Source: Camelus ferus
Lineage: Eukaryota
Assembly: GCF_009834535.1 (NCBI RefSeq)
Contig: NC_045696.1
Location: 34,970,001-35,034,000 of the forward strand
Length of the DNA stretch: 64,000 nt
Direction: 5' to 3'
In this document: piece by piece, positions 39,030-51,440 of the stretch
Position numbering within the stretch: position 1 is the stretch's first letter
Layout: each line of letters begins with the position of its first letter
Position numbers and translations under genes: made by a program
The notes under the pieces: generated by a model
Seen by the model: only the letters and a program-made list of their open reading frames with translations
Database searches by the model: none
Told to the model about the DNA's origin: nothing

Positions 39030-41040
39030 TTACACTGATAGCAAGAACACAGAAAATGCAGAATAATCTGAAGTATTGGCGAAGGAACAACAAAAAAAAT
39101 TAACTGTGGAAGAGAAGAGTGAGCTCAGAAATGGATTCATGTGAGTATGTGAAGTTCGTAGATAAACACCATAAAGCTATGGATAAAAATGAATTACTCA
39201 GTGCATGAAATGGGGAAACCAGCTTACTCAATGAAAAAAAAAAAAAAAAGAACCTGGCTCCTTATATCTTATCTAAATAAAGATAATTAAAAATGTAAAT
39301 GTGAAATAGTCTCTACTGAATAATACAAAAAAAAAAAAAAAGACACGCAGTAGAGTATTTTTGTCACTTACTCAAGGGAGTAGAGGAAAGGTGCGTAAAC
39401 AAACACCCAAATATAGAATATAGAACTTTAAAAAGTCATGCATTTGACAAAGTTAAAATTAACATTCAAGGTTCATTGAGGAATACAAAAAAAAAACCTA
39501 ACAAATGACAGATACACACACCCGAGTGTTCATAGCAGCACTATTTACAATAGCCAAGACATGGAAACAACCTACAAGTCCATCGACAGATGACTGGATA
39601 AAGAAGCTGTGGTATATTTATACAATGGAATACTACTCAGCCATAAAAAAGAATAAAATAATGCCACTTGCAGCAACATTGATGGACCTGGAGATCGTCA
39701 CTCTAAGCCAGAAAGAGAAAAAAAAATACCATATAATATCACTTATATGTGGAATCTTAGAAGAAAAGAGAGGGACAAATGAACTTATTTACAGAACAGA
39801 AACAGACTCACAGACATAGAAAGCAAACTTCTGGTTACCAGTGGGGAAGGGGATGGGAAGGGATAAATTGGGAGTTCTAGATTTGCAGGTACTAACTAAT
39901 ATACATAAAATAGATAAACAACAAGTTTATACTCTATAACACAGGGAACTATATTCAATATCTTATAGTAACCTATGGTGAAAAAGAATATGAAAACGAA
40001 TATATGTATGTTCCTATATGACTAAAGCATTGTGCTGTACACCAGAAATTGATACAACATTGTAAACTGACTCTACTTCAATAAAAAAAAAAAGAAAAGA
40101 AAAAAAAGAAAATACATTAAAAATATTTAAGACTGACAAAGGAATATTCTACAGGCTACATAAGAAATTGCTGCCTAGCAATCAGGGAGCATTTTGTAAA
40201 CCCTAATTTAAAAAATTATGAAGGGTTTAGATAGTTCCTTCTACAGGAGAAATCCGAATGGCTAACTAAAGAATAAAGAAATGCTCACATTCCCTGATAA
40301 TCACAGAAAGTCAAAGTGAAACAATGAGCTATATCTTCCACCTACCCAGATAAGAAAAAAAATTAAAATGTCAGATAAAGTAGTATTAACAAGGATGTGG
40401 GAAAATGAGAATCTTTGAGAGTAAAGTACTATGGCTTTCTGGAGAGCAATTTGGCAGCACTTAACAAGATTAATTATGTGTGTATACTGTGACATGGCAA
40501 TTCTGTGCCTGTGGATCTGTCCCTGAAAGCATGTTTACAGGTCCACGAGGGGACACGCACAAGGCTGTTCACCACGGTGTCTTTGTGAACGTAGAGCACT
40601 GGAGGCAGCCTGGGTGGCTAATGGGTAAGGAAAACGTGGTGGCCGCTTAGCTGTGCACACTGTGCAGCGGTTAGAAGTCTCTAGGTCGACTAGGTCTCCA
40701 TGCAGCAGCAATGCTCTTACAGCTTCATGCATCACAAAAACTTAGGAAACAGATGTGTTCTGTAGTATACTATTTTAACATAAATTAAAGCACTTACATG
40801 TAAAAGCAACAACATGTGTTTTTCATTGGTACTTACAAATATAAAGGTACCTACTAAAATACATTTTAGGGGGGCAGTAGGGCTGTAGCTAAAGCAAAGT
40901 GACAATGATGGTGGAGGAAATGGAAAGATAATAGCGAAATAAAGTGAAAGAAGAAAAGGACCTTACATGGTTCTATCATGTACCATGGACCGAGGAGCTG
41001 GATTATCTCAACTCTTTGAATCTGGGATTTCTCTGAAACA
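39030..41040 (+). mobile_element. L1ME3-like LINE-1 ORF2 3' part and 3' UTR (interrupted at 39508-40110)
   Basis: cagaaatggattcatgtg, actgacaaagg, aaggatgtgggaaaatgagaa, tttctggagagcaatttggca, gcagcggttagaag. Confidence 0.75.
39508..40110 (+). mobile_element. Young camelid-type L1 3' end (copy A)
   Basis: ORF2 C-terminus FIAALFTIAKTWKQPTSPSTDDWIKKLWYIYTMEYYSAIKKN, full 3'UTR and A-rich tail. Confidence 0.95.
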
Positions 41041-41049
41041 AATTAATAA

Positions 41050-41700
41050 TAAACATTAACTCAAAGATATATAATTATTTCTCTATACGAATGGAAGAAG
41101 TTAAGGAAAATGGTGGATAATATATAGGACTCAAGGGAATGTGAAGAAATTACTTATTTCACGCATTGATAATTGGAATGGCTATTAATGCAGATTTTGG
41201 AAGAGTGGACTTTCATTGCAATAAAATATTTAAAATATATGTTTTAAATAATTTTTTTCTTTAACCACAGCAAAAGCTAAGTAATGAACCATTCAACTCT
41301 TGTAGGTATCTCTCCTTAACAGGGGCATCAGACAACTATATTTATTATAGTTTCTTTGCAAAGGAGAAAAATGAAATATAATCACAAATATTCACAAATT
41401 CATAGGTTGCTAAATTAATTGAGATACATGTACCCTGTATAATAACAGACAACTATACAAAATAAAATTGATTCACAAGTAGTGACATAAATATATTGCT
41501 TAACATACTATTAATTGTGAAAGAAATCAATCATTAAATCATCCACACAGTATGACACCCATTATGATAAAATAACTGATATAAGACAAGACCATTTGAA
41601 TATACATATGGAAATGCAGAGCAGCAATATGAATGAATATTCATTAACCTGATATTAGTTGCTGTGTATAAAAGGTCAATAGGGCTTAACTAGACATTTC
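41050..41700 (+). mobile_element. Very old L1ME 3' fragment
   Basis: ggaatgtgaagaaat, gattttggaagag, attcaactcttgtaggtatct, cacagtatgacacccatt. Confidence 0.5.
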
Positions 41701-41759
41701 TAGTGTGTCTTCTTGTATCTCACATGCATGTATTCATGTGTATTCATTTGTATTCTTGA

Positions 41760-41996
41760 AAAGAGGTTTTTCAATTAAATAAGTTTGAAAATTAATCCAA
41801 AGTAATTCTTTCTCTTAGAAATTTAAAATATACATGAGCTCATTAGAATTGGGAGATACTCTGCAGCCCAATAGTATTTTGAAATTTGTTTAGTCAGCGT
41901 GTCCTAAATTAACATTCTTTTCTCCCCTTCAGAACAGCTAGTGACCATTTTTCCTGTAGACAACAATATGTTCTAAAAACCAGTTTAAGAACACTG
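41760..41996. mobile_element. hAT-Charlie (Charlie4-like) DNA transposon remnant
   Basis: aaataagtttgaaaa...tttctcttagaaatt...ctctgcag...tttgtttagtcagcgtgtcctaaatt...tgttctaaaaaccagtttaagaacactg. Confidence 0.5.
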
Positions 41997-42481
41997 ACAG
42001 AGGAATAGAAAGAAAATAAGGGCTAGACGGAAGCAAAACAAGATTCTAATTTTTAAATTATTACTATGATTCAGTATAAAACTTTTGTCTGAGCTTCCTG
42101 CCAGCTGAGAGAATATCAGCTGTGTTATATTAGATTACTTCTGATTTCTTTTATCAAGAGAAGGAATGAGTTCTGGGTAAACAAAGTTTATCTTAACACT
42201 AAATTCTGAAAGAAACGTCAAATTTGGTGGATTATGCAAATGCCACTGAATCTTCAGTTGGGAACATCTTTTCAGCATCATGACATTTGTTCAGGTTTGA
42301 ATGTAGCTGTAGATTACAACTTAATAGAACTGTTTTATCTGCATTAAAAATACCGAACATCATTGTTAGCTCTCATTAGTCAAATTATGAATGAATGAAA
42401 CTCAAAATGCCCAGAGGAGTGGACAAACATCATGCTTCTCATAATCTAGACTACTATACACGAGAATGATGTTTTTGAGTC

Positions 42482-42570
42482 ACCATCCATCCATCCATTG
42501 ATTGCGAAGGAGCATTTTTTCGTCAAGAACTCTGTACCAGGCACCGTGTGGAGAATACTTGAACTCAGTA
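42482..42570 (-). mobile_element. L2 3' terminus
   Basis: (CCAT)n followed by ctctgtaccaggcaccgtg. Confidence 0.55.
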
Positions 42571-42894
42571 TCTGCTGTTGCATTGCTCTCAGCCTGTGCA
42601 TCTTTCTGAATGTAAGTACTAGTCACCAGAAGTAAGCCTGAAACATCAGGAGGCCCCAAAGCGACTAAAAAGAGCCTCACTCTCAAAATCAGTAAATTTG
42701 GAAAGCTGCTTTTCTACAGCTGCTGTTAAGTACACCATGTAATAACTTAAAAGGTCAAATTCTTTTATCTATGGAGACCAAAAAGAAAGGAGAGGAATTA
42801 TATTTAAGGCCAAAGTAATGATTTCTATTGCTAAAAATATTTCTTCCTGAAATCCTTATCCTGTATCATATAGATACCGTTTGGTTTATTGATC

Positions 42895-43125
42895 ATAATA
42901 GTATCAGTATTCATAAGCATTGATATACATTCATCCGATGGGCCAGACACTGGACCAGTCCCTTTACATGCACCCTCACTTCACCCTGGGCGAGGTGCTA
43001 ACTTCCCTCTACTTTACAGTGAAGTTAAGTGATCAGGGAGAGATGAAGTGGTTACCAAGTCGCAGAAATAGTGAATGAGTATTGGCAACCTGACCCCAGA
43101 GCCCACACATTTCCCTCAACATTTG
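42895..43125 (-). mobile_element. MIR SINE
   Basis: gccagacactg...ctttacatgc...actttacagtgaag...gagagatgaagtgg...ctgaccccagagcccac. Confidence 0.75.
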
Positions 43126-43319
43126 CACTTATATCAGTCTTTTCAAATAGTAACAATTCCACTCCACTCTGAGGTCACTACTAGAAACAGCTTCCACGAA
43201 GTCGACATTCTATGAAACCATACCAGCTCATTTCTGTTTGTAATCAGTGAGGTCCTAGGTGACAAGACACTCTGAGTTGGGGAAAATTGGAGGAGTGGAA
43301 GGTGACTTTGCTAGCGGGC

Positions 43320-43363
43320 ATTCCTGACTTTATGTGAACGATTCCTGACTTTATGTGAACGAT
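43320..43363. repeat. Perfect 21-bp tandem duplication
   Basis: attcctgactttatgtgaacg x2 (43320-43340, 43341-43361) + at. Confidence 0.95.
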
Positions 43364-45844
43364 GCTCGGCGCTTTGGGGTCCTGTAGCTCAACTTTCGTC
43401 TGGCTTTGAGGGCATGAAGCCTTGCTCTTGCTCTCTCCACCTGCTTTACTTTTTCTCCTCATTGTTCCAAAGATAGGGGTACATTCTGTATGGCCGTGCC
43501 CAATGTAAGCGCTTATTTTAGACCTCAGAGGTCACAGTGTCTCAAATGTGGTATTTGCTATTTTTCTGTAACTGGTAATTTTCCCATAGACTCCTGGGGG
43601 TTGGCTCTACCCTGTCATCTGTCATTGCCCTAGGAAATGATCAACCATTTTCCCCCTTAACCACTAAGACAATGGGAAAATGTTTGTTGGCTCTTTCCTT
43701 TGAAAGTAACTAAAGACATGCAAATGAGAGTTACAAACACCACCACCACCAACAAAACCACCTTAGGCTATAAGAATTGCAAAGGTTTATTTATATTGTG
43801 TTTTTTTCCTTTCTGGTGAACAGTTGTTAACCACAAAAACTACATATATCTTAAGTGTTTTATTTTCAAATATCCATCTGGTTCAGTTGTTTTATGTACT
43901 TACTTTTCCCCTTGGGGCACTTACTCTATAACAATGCATGGATAATTACTTCCGCGAAGCCTCCTGCAGTGATGTAACAGCTACACAAGCTAAAAGATGG
44001 TTTTCAATGGAATAAAGCAATCCTAAGGATCACAGACGCGCTCTATAATCAATATCGTACAACTTCTGAATGGGGCACAGAAGTGAGAGAAAAGCCCTTG
44101 TCAAAAACCAAACACACGAAAGGCCCTTTTACTTCTCCCTGTGGTAGAAAGACTTTCAATGATTAGATAAAAGCAGAAAACTTGTTCAGATTCTCTAGGG
44201 TGTGTTATGATCACTTGGTATTTTATGTGCAGAACAATGCTTGGAAATAGCAGAAAGCTTAATCGATGTTGTTACAGTGAATTGCATCTTTACACAGTCA
44301 ATGTGTAGCTCTATGAAGAGAAGTTAAACCAAACAAAATGTATACATTTAAAAAAAGTATTAATTATTATTTTCCCAAATATGTCTTAGGTTTTCTTCCA
44401 TAAGCATATTTTTCTTCAAGAAATAAAAATAATTTAAAAAACAAAATGAATAAAATAAGACATCTTCCCATTCCTTTCTGTTTTCTGGACTTTTATTTCT
44501 TTCCCAAGATTTAGTTCTAGTGTTGTTATCTCTGAGAAGTATTTATTCCCTTACTCTTTACCCTCTTTTTTGACTAGATCGAATGTTTTTTCCTCTGTAA
44601 TCTGATAGATTCTTACCAAATTAATATGATAAATAAACTTATACTTTATCCTGGGTTTTGGTTTATAAACCTACCCCTTTGCCCTGTAAATCCAGTTAAT
44701 TCTTGGAATGTGTTTTATTCATGATTATTTTCTCTACCTTTCCTTGTCAGGCACTTTGCATGTAGTAACTGTTAAAAACAAGGCTATTGTCAAAATAAAG
44801 CAATTCATCAGCTGAGTAATGATACAGCATTACTCATATAATAACACTTTGTTGATGTTCAAACCCATGTTCCCTAAACTTGAAATAGTTTGGATTACTT
44901 TTCATTATGTGAAAAACCATCAGGGGCAGTGCAAATAATTAGGATTATATTTTATATGATCGTGTAAATTCCACATAGAGATTTTCCAGTGTTGTAAGCC
45001 AATCTTTCAGACAAATTTTGAAAGAAAGTTTAGGTTACTTAAAATGAGAGAAGCATCACCAAATACTTTGAAGAAACTAAATTCTGAATGTCATTTCTTT
45101 GAATATTTCTCATAATCAGCTTTTCTCTAATCTCAACCAATGCAATCTTTAATAATAGATTTCTCTGATAAAAAAATTGCAGTGACCACACCACCGCTCA
45201 TTTTATAAGGCAGATTTGAAAGTATTCCATCTTTATTAGACCACTAAATGACTATTCAGAGCAAGGCCATATAAAACCTATATCTGTTAATCCAACATAC
45301 TGTGCAATCGAATTCAATTACATTTCCCCAAGAGGCCAATTAGGATTTTCCCATTAAAACTTTTATTTAAGTTGTTGCATGGGTAATATATCATGGTACC
45401 TGGAAAGAGAATTTTGGATTACTAAGTGCAATCAGCTCTAACTGTGTTGCAAAGTAGTTGTAAGTTAATGTGTATGGTGACAATAAATATTGTTTGACTA
45501 CTCATAAGCAGAAACATAAAAAAGTAAAACTTTCTGCAGCTTAATGAAATTTCGCAATGATGTTGACCCATGTCACAATGTACTTCCTTTTTCTTTTAGA
45601 CTCGAATGTGGGATACATAGTTTACAATGCGAAAATTTAAGTTAATGAGGAACCCTTCCATTAACAAAGCACATTTGAGTGTGAGTCTTAAGTAAAAATT
45701 AAGTTTGTAAATCCTTGATGTCCAAAAGGTTGATCATATATTCATGGATGGAGCAACTTAACATCATAAAGATGCCAACGCTATTAATATTTAGATATAA
45801 ACGAACAGCAAATTTAGTACAAAATGCCAGAAGAATTTTAAGAC

Positions 45845-46966
45845 TTTTTTTTAACTGAAGTATAGTCAGTTTACACTGTTGTGTCAATTTCTGGTGTACA
45901 GCATGATAGTTCAGTCATAATATACATACATATATTCATTTTCATATTCTTTTTCATTATAGGTTACTACAAGATATTGAATATAGTTTCTGTGCTATAC
46001 AGTAGAAACTTGTTTATCTATTTTATATATAGTAGCTAGTATCTGCAAATCTCGAACTCTTAATTTATCCCTTCCCCATTTCCCTCCCCCGCTGGTAACC
46101 ATAAGTTTATTTTCTATGCCTATGAGTCTGTTTCTATTTTTTAAATAAGTTAATTTGTGCCTTTTTTTTTTAGATTACACATATATGTGGTATCATATGG
46201 TATTTTTCTTTCTTTTTCTGGTTTACTTAGAATGACAATCTCCAGGTCCATCTATGTTGCTGCAAAGGGCATTATTTTATTCTTTTTATGGCTGAGTAGT
46301 ATTCCATTGTATAAATATACCACAGCTTCTTTATCCAGTCATCTGTCGATGGACTTGTAGGTTGTTTCCATGTCTTGGCTATTGTAAATAGTGCTGCTAC
46401 AAACATTGGGGTACATGCATCTTTTCGAATTAGAGTTCCCTCTAGACATATGCTCAGGAGTGGGATTGCTGGATCATATGGTAAGTCTAATTTTAGTTTT
46501 TTTTGAGGCATTTCCATACTGTTTTCCACAATGGCTGCATCAAACTACATTCTCACCAACAGTGTAGAAGGGTTCCCTTTTCTCCACAGCCTCTCCAGCA
46601 TTTGTCACTTATGGACTTTTTATTGATGGCCATTCTGACTGGTTGTGGTGATACCTCATTGTAGTTTTGATTTCCATTTCTCTGATAATTAGCGATATTG
46701 AACATTCTTTCATGTGCCTATTGGCCATATGTATATCTTCATTGGAGAAATGCTTATTTAGGCCTTCTGCCCACTTTTGGATTGAGTTTTTTTTATTATT
46801 ATTAAATTGTATGAACTCTTTACATATTCTAGAAATCAAGCCCTTGTCATTCTCATTATTTGTAAATATTTTCTCCTATTCTGTAGGTTGTCTTTTTGTT
46901 TTGCTTATGGTTTCCTTTGCTATGCAAAAGCTTATAAGTTTACGTAGATCCCATTTGTTTATTTTT
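45845..46966 (-). mobile_element. Young camelid-type L1 3' 1.1 kb (copy B)
   Basis: ORF2 fragments [10 protein letters not shown]...[35 protein letters not shown] and MENSME...LPYDPAIPLL...CTPMFVAALFTIAKTWKQP; 3'UTR and T-run at left. Confidence 0.95.
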
Positions 46967-47277
46967 GGACCTTCTTGATACACTCAGTCTATAAAGGAAA
47001 AGACTCACCCATAGCTAAAGTAATTTTTGTAAAATTAGAGAAAAATGGTAAGATTTACTCCCATCCTCAATATAAGGTTACAATAATTATGATAGTCTTA
47101 ATGATGTTAGTATGAAGATAAATAGACCAATGTAACAGGATATTTCAGAAATAGTACTTACTATAAATGTGAAGTTAGCATGTGATAATGGTGGTAAGAT
47201 AAATCTGTTGACAAAGGATTCATTTTTAGTCAGCTTTGTGGGGAAAATACACTTGTGCATCTAACACATGCCATATA

Positions 47278-47415
47278 TGGTGGGTCCTCCAAATCCACAG
47301 GTTCCACGATTATATTCAACCCATAGCAGATTTGGTAAGGGATCCGAGCATCATGCAGATTTGGGTTTCTGCAGGGGTCCAAAACCAATCCCCTGCAGAT
47401 ACTGAGGGATGACTG
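47278..47415 (-). mobile_element. MER2-like TcMar-Tigger element, internally deleted
   Basis: Ends aaccaatcccctgcagatactgagggatgactg; flanked by TA on both sides (47276-47277, 47416-47417). Confidence 0.8.
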
Positions 47416-47719
47416 TACTAGAGTAAGTGAATTAAATGCTTAAATGTCAAAGATTAAATTATAAGGTAAATAGACAAATATCTTTCTGAACTTGGGGTAG
47501 TGAAAATTTCTTAAACTGGACCGCAGAACCATAAGGAAAAGATGAAGACATTTGATTGGATAATATATAAGGCTTTTTTAAAAAAGAATAACAAAAGGCA
47601 TTAACAAATTGGAGACAGATCAGAAGATATGTGTACATCTGTAATCTATAAAAATTAATATCTGGTATGTAGAATACATTTCTTTGAATTAGCAAGAAAT
47701 AGACAAGAAAGCTCAATTC

Positions 47720-47960
47720 ATTCACTTACTACATAAATGTGCTTTACATTTTTCCAGAGTGTTTGAAAGTGCTTAAACTATTAATTTATTTAATCACAAT
47801 AAACCTCTGAAGGTAAAACATTATTCAGTCCCTTGCAAATTAAGGAAAATTGATACACAAAGAATTTAAGTGACTTGCCTAAAGTCCCACAGTTTGTTAA
47901 CTGGTGGAGCTGGAATTTGAATCCAGACAGTCAGTTCTAGAATTGGAACTTTACTTGTCA
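47720..47960 (-). mobile_element. MIR SINE nested in L1ME
   Basis: ttaagtgacttgcctaaagtcccacag...ggtggagctggaatttgaatccagacagtc. Confidence 0.9.
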
Positions 47961-50900
47961 GTAGAGAAATCAAGAAGAAAATGAGCAAAGGCTATAAATC
48001 AGAGAAGCAGGCACCTTCAAAACTGATGGGAGACAGACCTGTGTAGTAACAGGATCTCTGTGGCTATCCTGAGTAGCCTAGCAATGAGCTAGATCCACAA
48101 AAGAATCTCCAAGTTCTCCCAGTGATAAAGCCCCTGGTACCCAAACTCCACAGGTTGCCTGACATCTAAGGTCAGGATATTTCTCTCATTGACAAAGCCA
48201 TCCCTCCAATTGGAAAGCAAGCCTCCCAGCATGGCATCTGGTGGTTGATGTCACTATCATACGTGGATGGCAACCACCACTGAGCAATGGGGTGACCCTC
48301 TCAAAGATGCTCTATGACAGCCTCTCCGGCAATGACTTCCAAAAGGATGAGTGTTTCAGCTATCCTTGGAGATTGACCTCAAACAATTGAACACTTTCAC
48401 ACTTCACAAGAGTTTTTTTCTTCCTGAGTGAAGTTCCTCAGCCCCTAGGTGTCAGTCATGGGGAAGGAAGAAGTAAAGTCCATGTGGTCAATCAGGGTAC
48501 TCATATTTCTGTACCACAACATGGTAGTGTTGTATATTCAACAAAAATAGAACACACTGTACCTGCTGTTCTGCATCTTGCTCTTCTCACTTACCACATC
48601 TTGGGGATTGTTCCATTTCTATCTGATATGTGGGATCTCTCACGATTCTGTATCTCAGTGCTCACTCTTCCTTCCCCTTTACTCATAAGTACCTTGACCA
48701 CCAGTGAATGGATGGGAATTTGTGTTGCACGGATTGAGGATGGCTGGGTAGACATGATCTCAATAATTTTAGATCCTCTTGTGCCCAGGATAGCATCATA
48801 TCACTCCCTGCACTTTTATGATTCCAACTCTCTGGAAGTGAAACATTGCTATAGTTTTCATGGTTTTGTTACTGATTCCCTTTCTATTGCAGCTGTCCTT
48901 ATTTTTCTTCAGAAGTCGTCATTAAAGGCAGAATGGTGACTATTGGACTTTTGTTTATACCTGCAGAGGTAGGACAAGCATTCTAGCAGTTTCCCAAAGC
49001 AACAACATATGCATGAACATGTCTGACCTTGGGATGTTGGGGAGGGGTGGTCAGAGGGTGGGTAAATTCTCTTTCTTCTTTCCTATCCCAAAACAACCAG
49101 CCTCAACCGTCTGTGGCTCAGAGTGATGTTGCGAATGGCTCGTGCAGTGTGACCAAGGTGTGGGGGACCTTGTCAGAGGCCATTCCCTTTCCTAGACAAT
49201 CACTCACTCCTGATGACTGTCACAGCCTCTTTAGTCTGTTTGTCTTATTCCTCTACATAGATATTTCCATCAGCCACACAAATTACATCAGCCTTTCTTT
49301 GTTCCCTCTGGCATAGAATGCTATGCTTCTCCTGACAGCTTGGCTCTTGGGAAACTCTGCAACTACTTCACAGAGTAGGTCTTACTGCAAAAGCCTCGGG
49401 CACAGTCTTCTTCACCTTCTTAATGCAACCAAACCTTGCTATCTGCCCACAGCAGGAGATAATTAATACCAGTTAAATGTATGACTTGACCTCAGAATGA
49501 ACTATTATTACAATACTTTGTGTCCCCGAGGACTTGTTCTTCTCTGAAGTAGGCAGACTTTCTCTTGCTTTCCACTTAGATAAAGTATTATTTGCGCTCA
49601 GGAAGGGGGTCATATAATTCATGATGACCCAAGAACCAGGGGTGGGGAGGGACAGATCACATGATCCACGCAGGTTTCTTGCACTGTCAGTGGAATTCTT
49701 GGGCTAAGAAAGGATATACAGCCTTTCACCTAATGACATTTAAAAATATTACTCTGAGCCATCCTTCAATTTGATCCCAGGAGTTCTTCTTGTTTTCTCA
49801 GCTTGAGCTTCTTAGACAAGTGGTTTAAATGATCTCCACAAATTCTTCTAATAAAAATTTTGCTAATTTTACTGGCTCTGTACTTACATAATATCTTCTC
49901 CACCATTTTCAAGAGAAGCTAGAAGCTTCACTGAAGTTTCAGTTAATTTCCACCCCTGACAGAGAGGCTTATGTTTAATAATTCTCCTTCTAGGGATCAA
50001 TAGGTGACCAAGAAAATGCTGAGCCCTCGATGGATGAATGGATGGATGGATGGATGTCCTACACAGCTCCCTATTCAGGTAGCTTAGAAGTGAACTGGCT
50101 CAGTATGAAGATCTGGAAGGTCTCTACTTGATATTGGTCTCGAGAAGCAAGTTCCAGTACATAACTCAGGAAGTCTAGATGCTCCTCTCATCAGCAAAGA
50201 TAATTCTAAGAGTGGGAAGGTTGAGATCATCTCATTCCCAGATTATGCAATTCATCAGATGTTCCCTGTCATTTTCCAATTTCCTGGTAAACATGTAGAG
50301 AAGAAGGTTTCAGTGGAGTACCTTTCCAGGAGTACAAACTACAATATATCGGGCTGCATGAGGCCCAGCTGTACTAGGCCAGTGAGAGAGTGCGGACTCG
50401 GGGACTGCATACAGACAACGTCTGCCTAAGAGTTTCCCCAATAAATCTGCTTCATATTTGTATTCTATATATGTCACCTCTGCCATGAGGCTAACCTGCT
50501 AATAACCTACTAATAAACAGAGATGCTCAGGTTTATTAGTAATCAGAGAAAAAGCAATGGAAGCCACAATGAGAACACTGGAAAATAGCAAGTCCTGGCC
50601 AAGATGTACCACTCAGGTCCTTCATGGGGAAAAAAAATATTCTTAATCTTTCAAGAAGTTTTGAACTTTAGTTAGTATATAGCCCACAATACAGATGTTC
50701 CTATTCTTTGTATATAACCCCAAGGAACCCTCTCACTGATCAAAAAAAAAAAAAAAAATAACATGAATGAAGATGGTTTTCACAGCATTTTCATGGAAGA
50801 AAAAAAATGGAAGCTAAATTGGGGCCCATATCTGGGGAATGGAAAAATACTATGTGGTATAAGCATAATATTGAAGAGATAAAGTGAATGAATTAAGTCT

Positions 50901-51061
50901 GCAAATAAAACATTGATAGATTTCAAAATCATCAAAAATGTGAATAAAAAAAGAAACAATATCAACTTTATAGTATGATTTTGTTTAATTAAATGAAAAA
51001 GGTATATATCAGAATAGGCACTTTATAATATAGGATATTCAATTTTCAAATTAAAAGATAA

Positions 51062-51440
51062 ACAATTTCATTAACAATCAGGGAATTACTACCATTCTAA
51101 TTTCATTAGAATAATACATGTGCAGCAAGACATTCATAGAACGGCTAAAATGAGAAAAGATAGAAAATATTAATTATTTCCAGCAAGCTGGCACAAACGC
51201 AGTTGTCAGAAACTGTTCTGAGAGTGGGAATTGGTGTGATGCTTTCAGAGAAATGTTTGAGTATCTAATATGCTGAACATATGGGAACTCCGGGACCCAG
51301 TAATTCCTGTTCTAGGTATATACTAACTATAAACACGGGCAAGTGTTCAACAGAAGGCATGTACAAGAATGTTCCAGCAGCACTAATCATAAAAGACAAA
51401 CCCTAGAAGCTACCCAGATGTTCCCTGACAGTAGAATGAT
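51062..51440 (+). mobile_element. L1ME1/2-like ORF2 C-terminal fragment
   Basis: gacccagtaattcctgttctaggtatatac...catgtacaagaatgttccagcagcacta...cagtagaatg. Confidence 0.8.

Larger units (their letters stand above)
45700..51060 (+). mobile_element. Fragmented L1ME ORF2 3' half (pieces 45700-45844, 46970-47275, 47418-47715, 47965-48010, 50508-51060)
   Basis: Collinear ORF2 motifs: ttcatggatggagcaacttaacatcataaagatg; atagaccaatgtaacagg; ggggtagtgaaaatttcttaaac; gagcaaaggctataaa; ctaataaacagagatgctca...ttagtaatcagagaa. Confidence 0.7.

Noticed and set aside
38770..39100. Second possible twin-primed L1 (antisense ORF2 piece next to sense L1ME)
   Set aside because: The pieces are far apart on the L1 map and no TSD is visible; independent fragments are equally likely.
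39505..39819. ORFs with protein-like sequence (also 4828-5022, 46272-46529, 46609-46839)
   Set aside because: They are truncated or frameshifted LINE-1 ORF2 C-terminal fragments, not genes.
48160..48390. Short peptide motifs (DISLIDK, VVDVTI) reminiscent of RLE-type retrotransposon endonucleases
   Set aside because: They are in different frames, interrupted by stops, with no supporting CCHC or RT motifs; likely coincidence without a profile search.
48484..48939. 151-aa hydrophobic ORF inside the unassigned island
   Set aside because: Non-ATG start, overlaps an antisense L1ME fragment, no family match.
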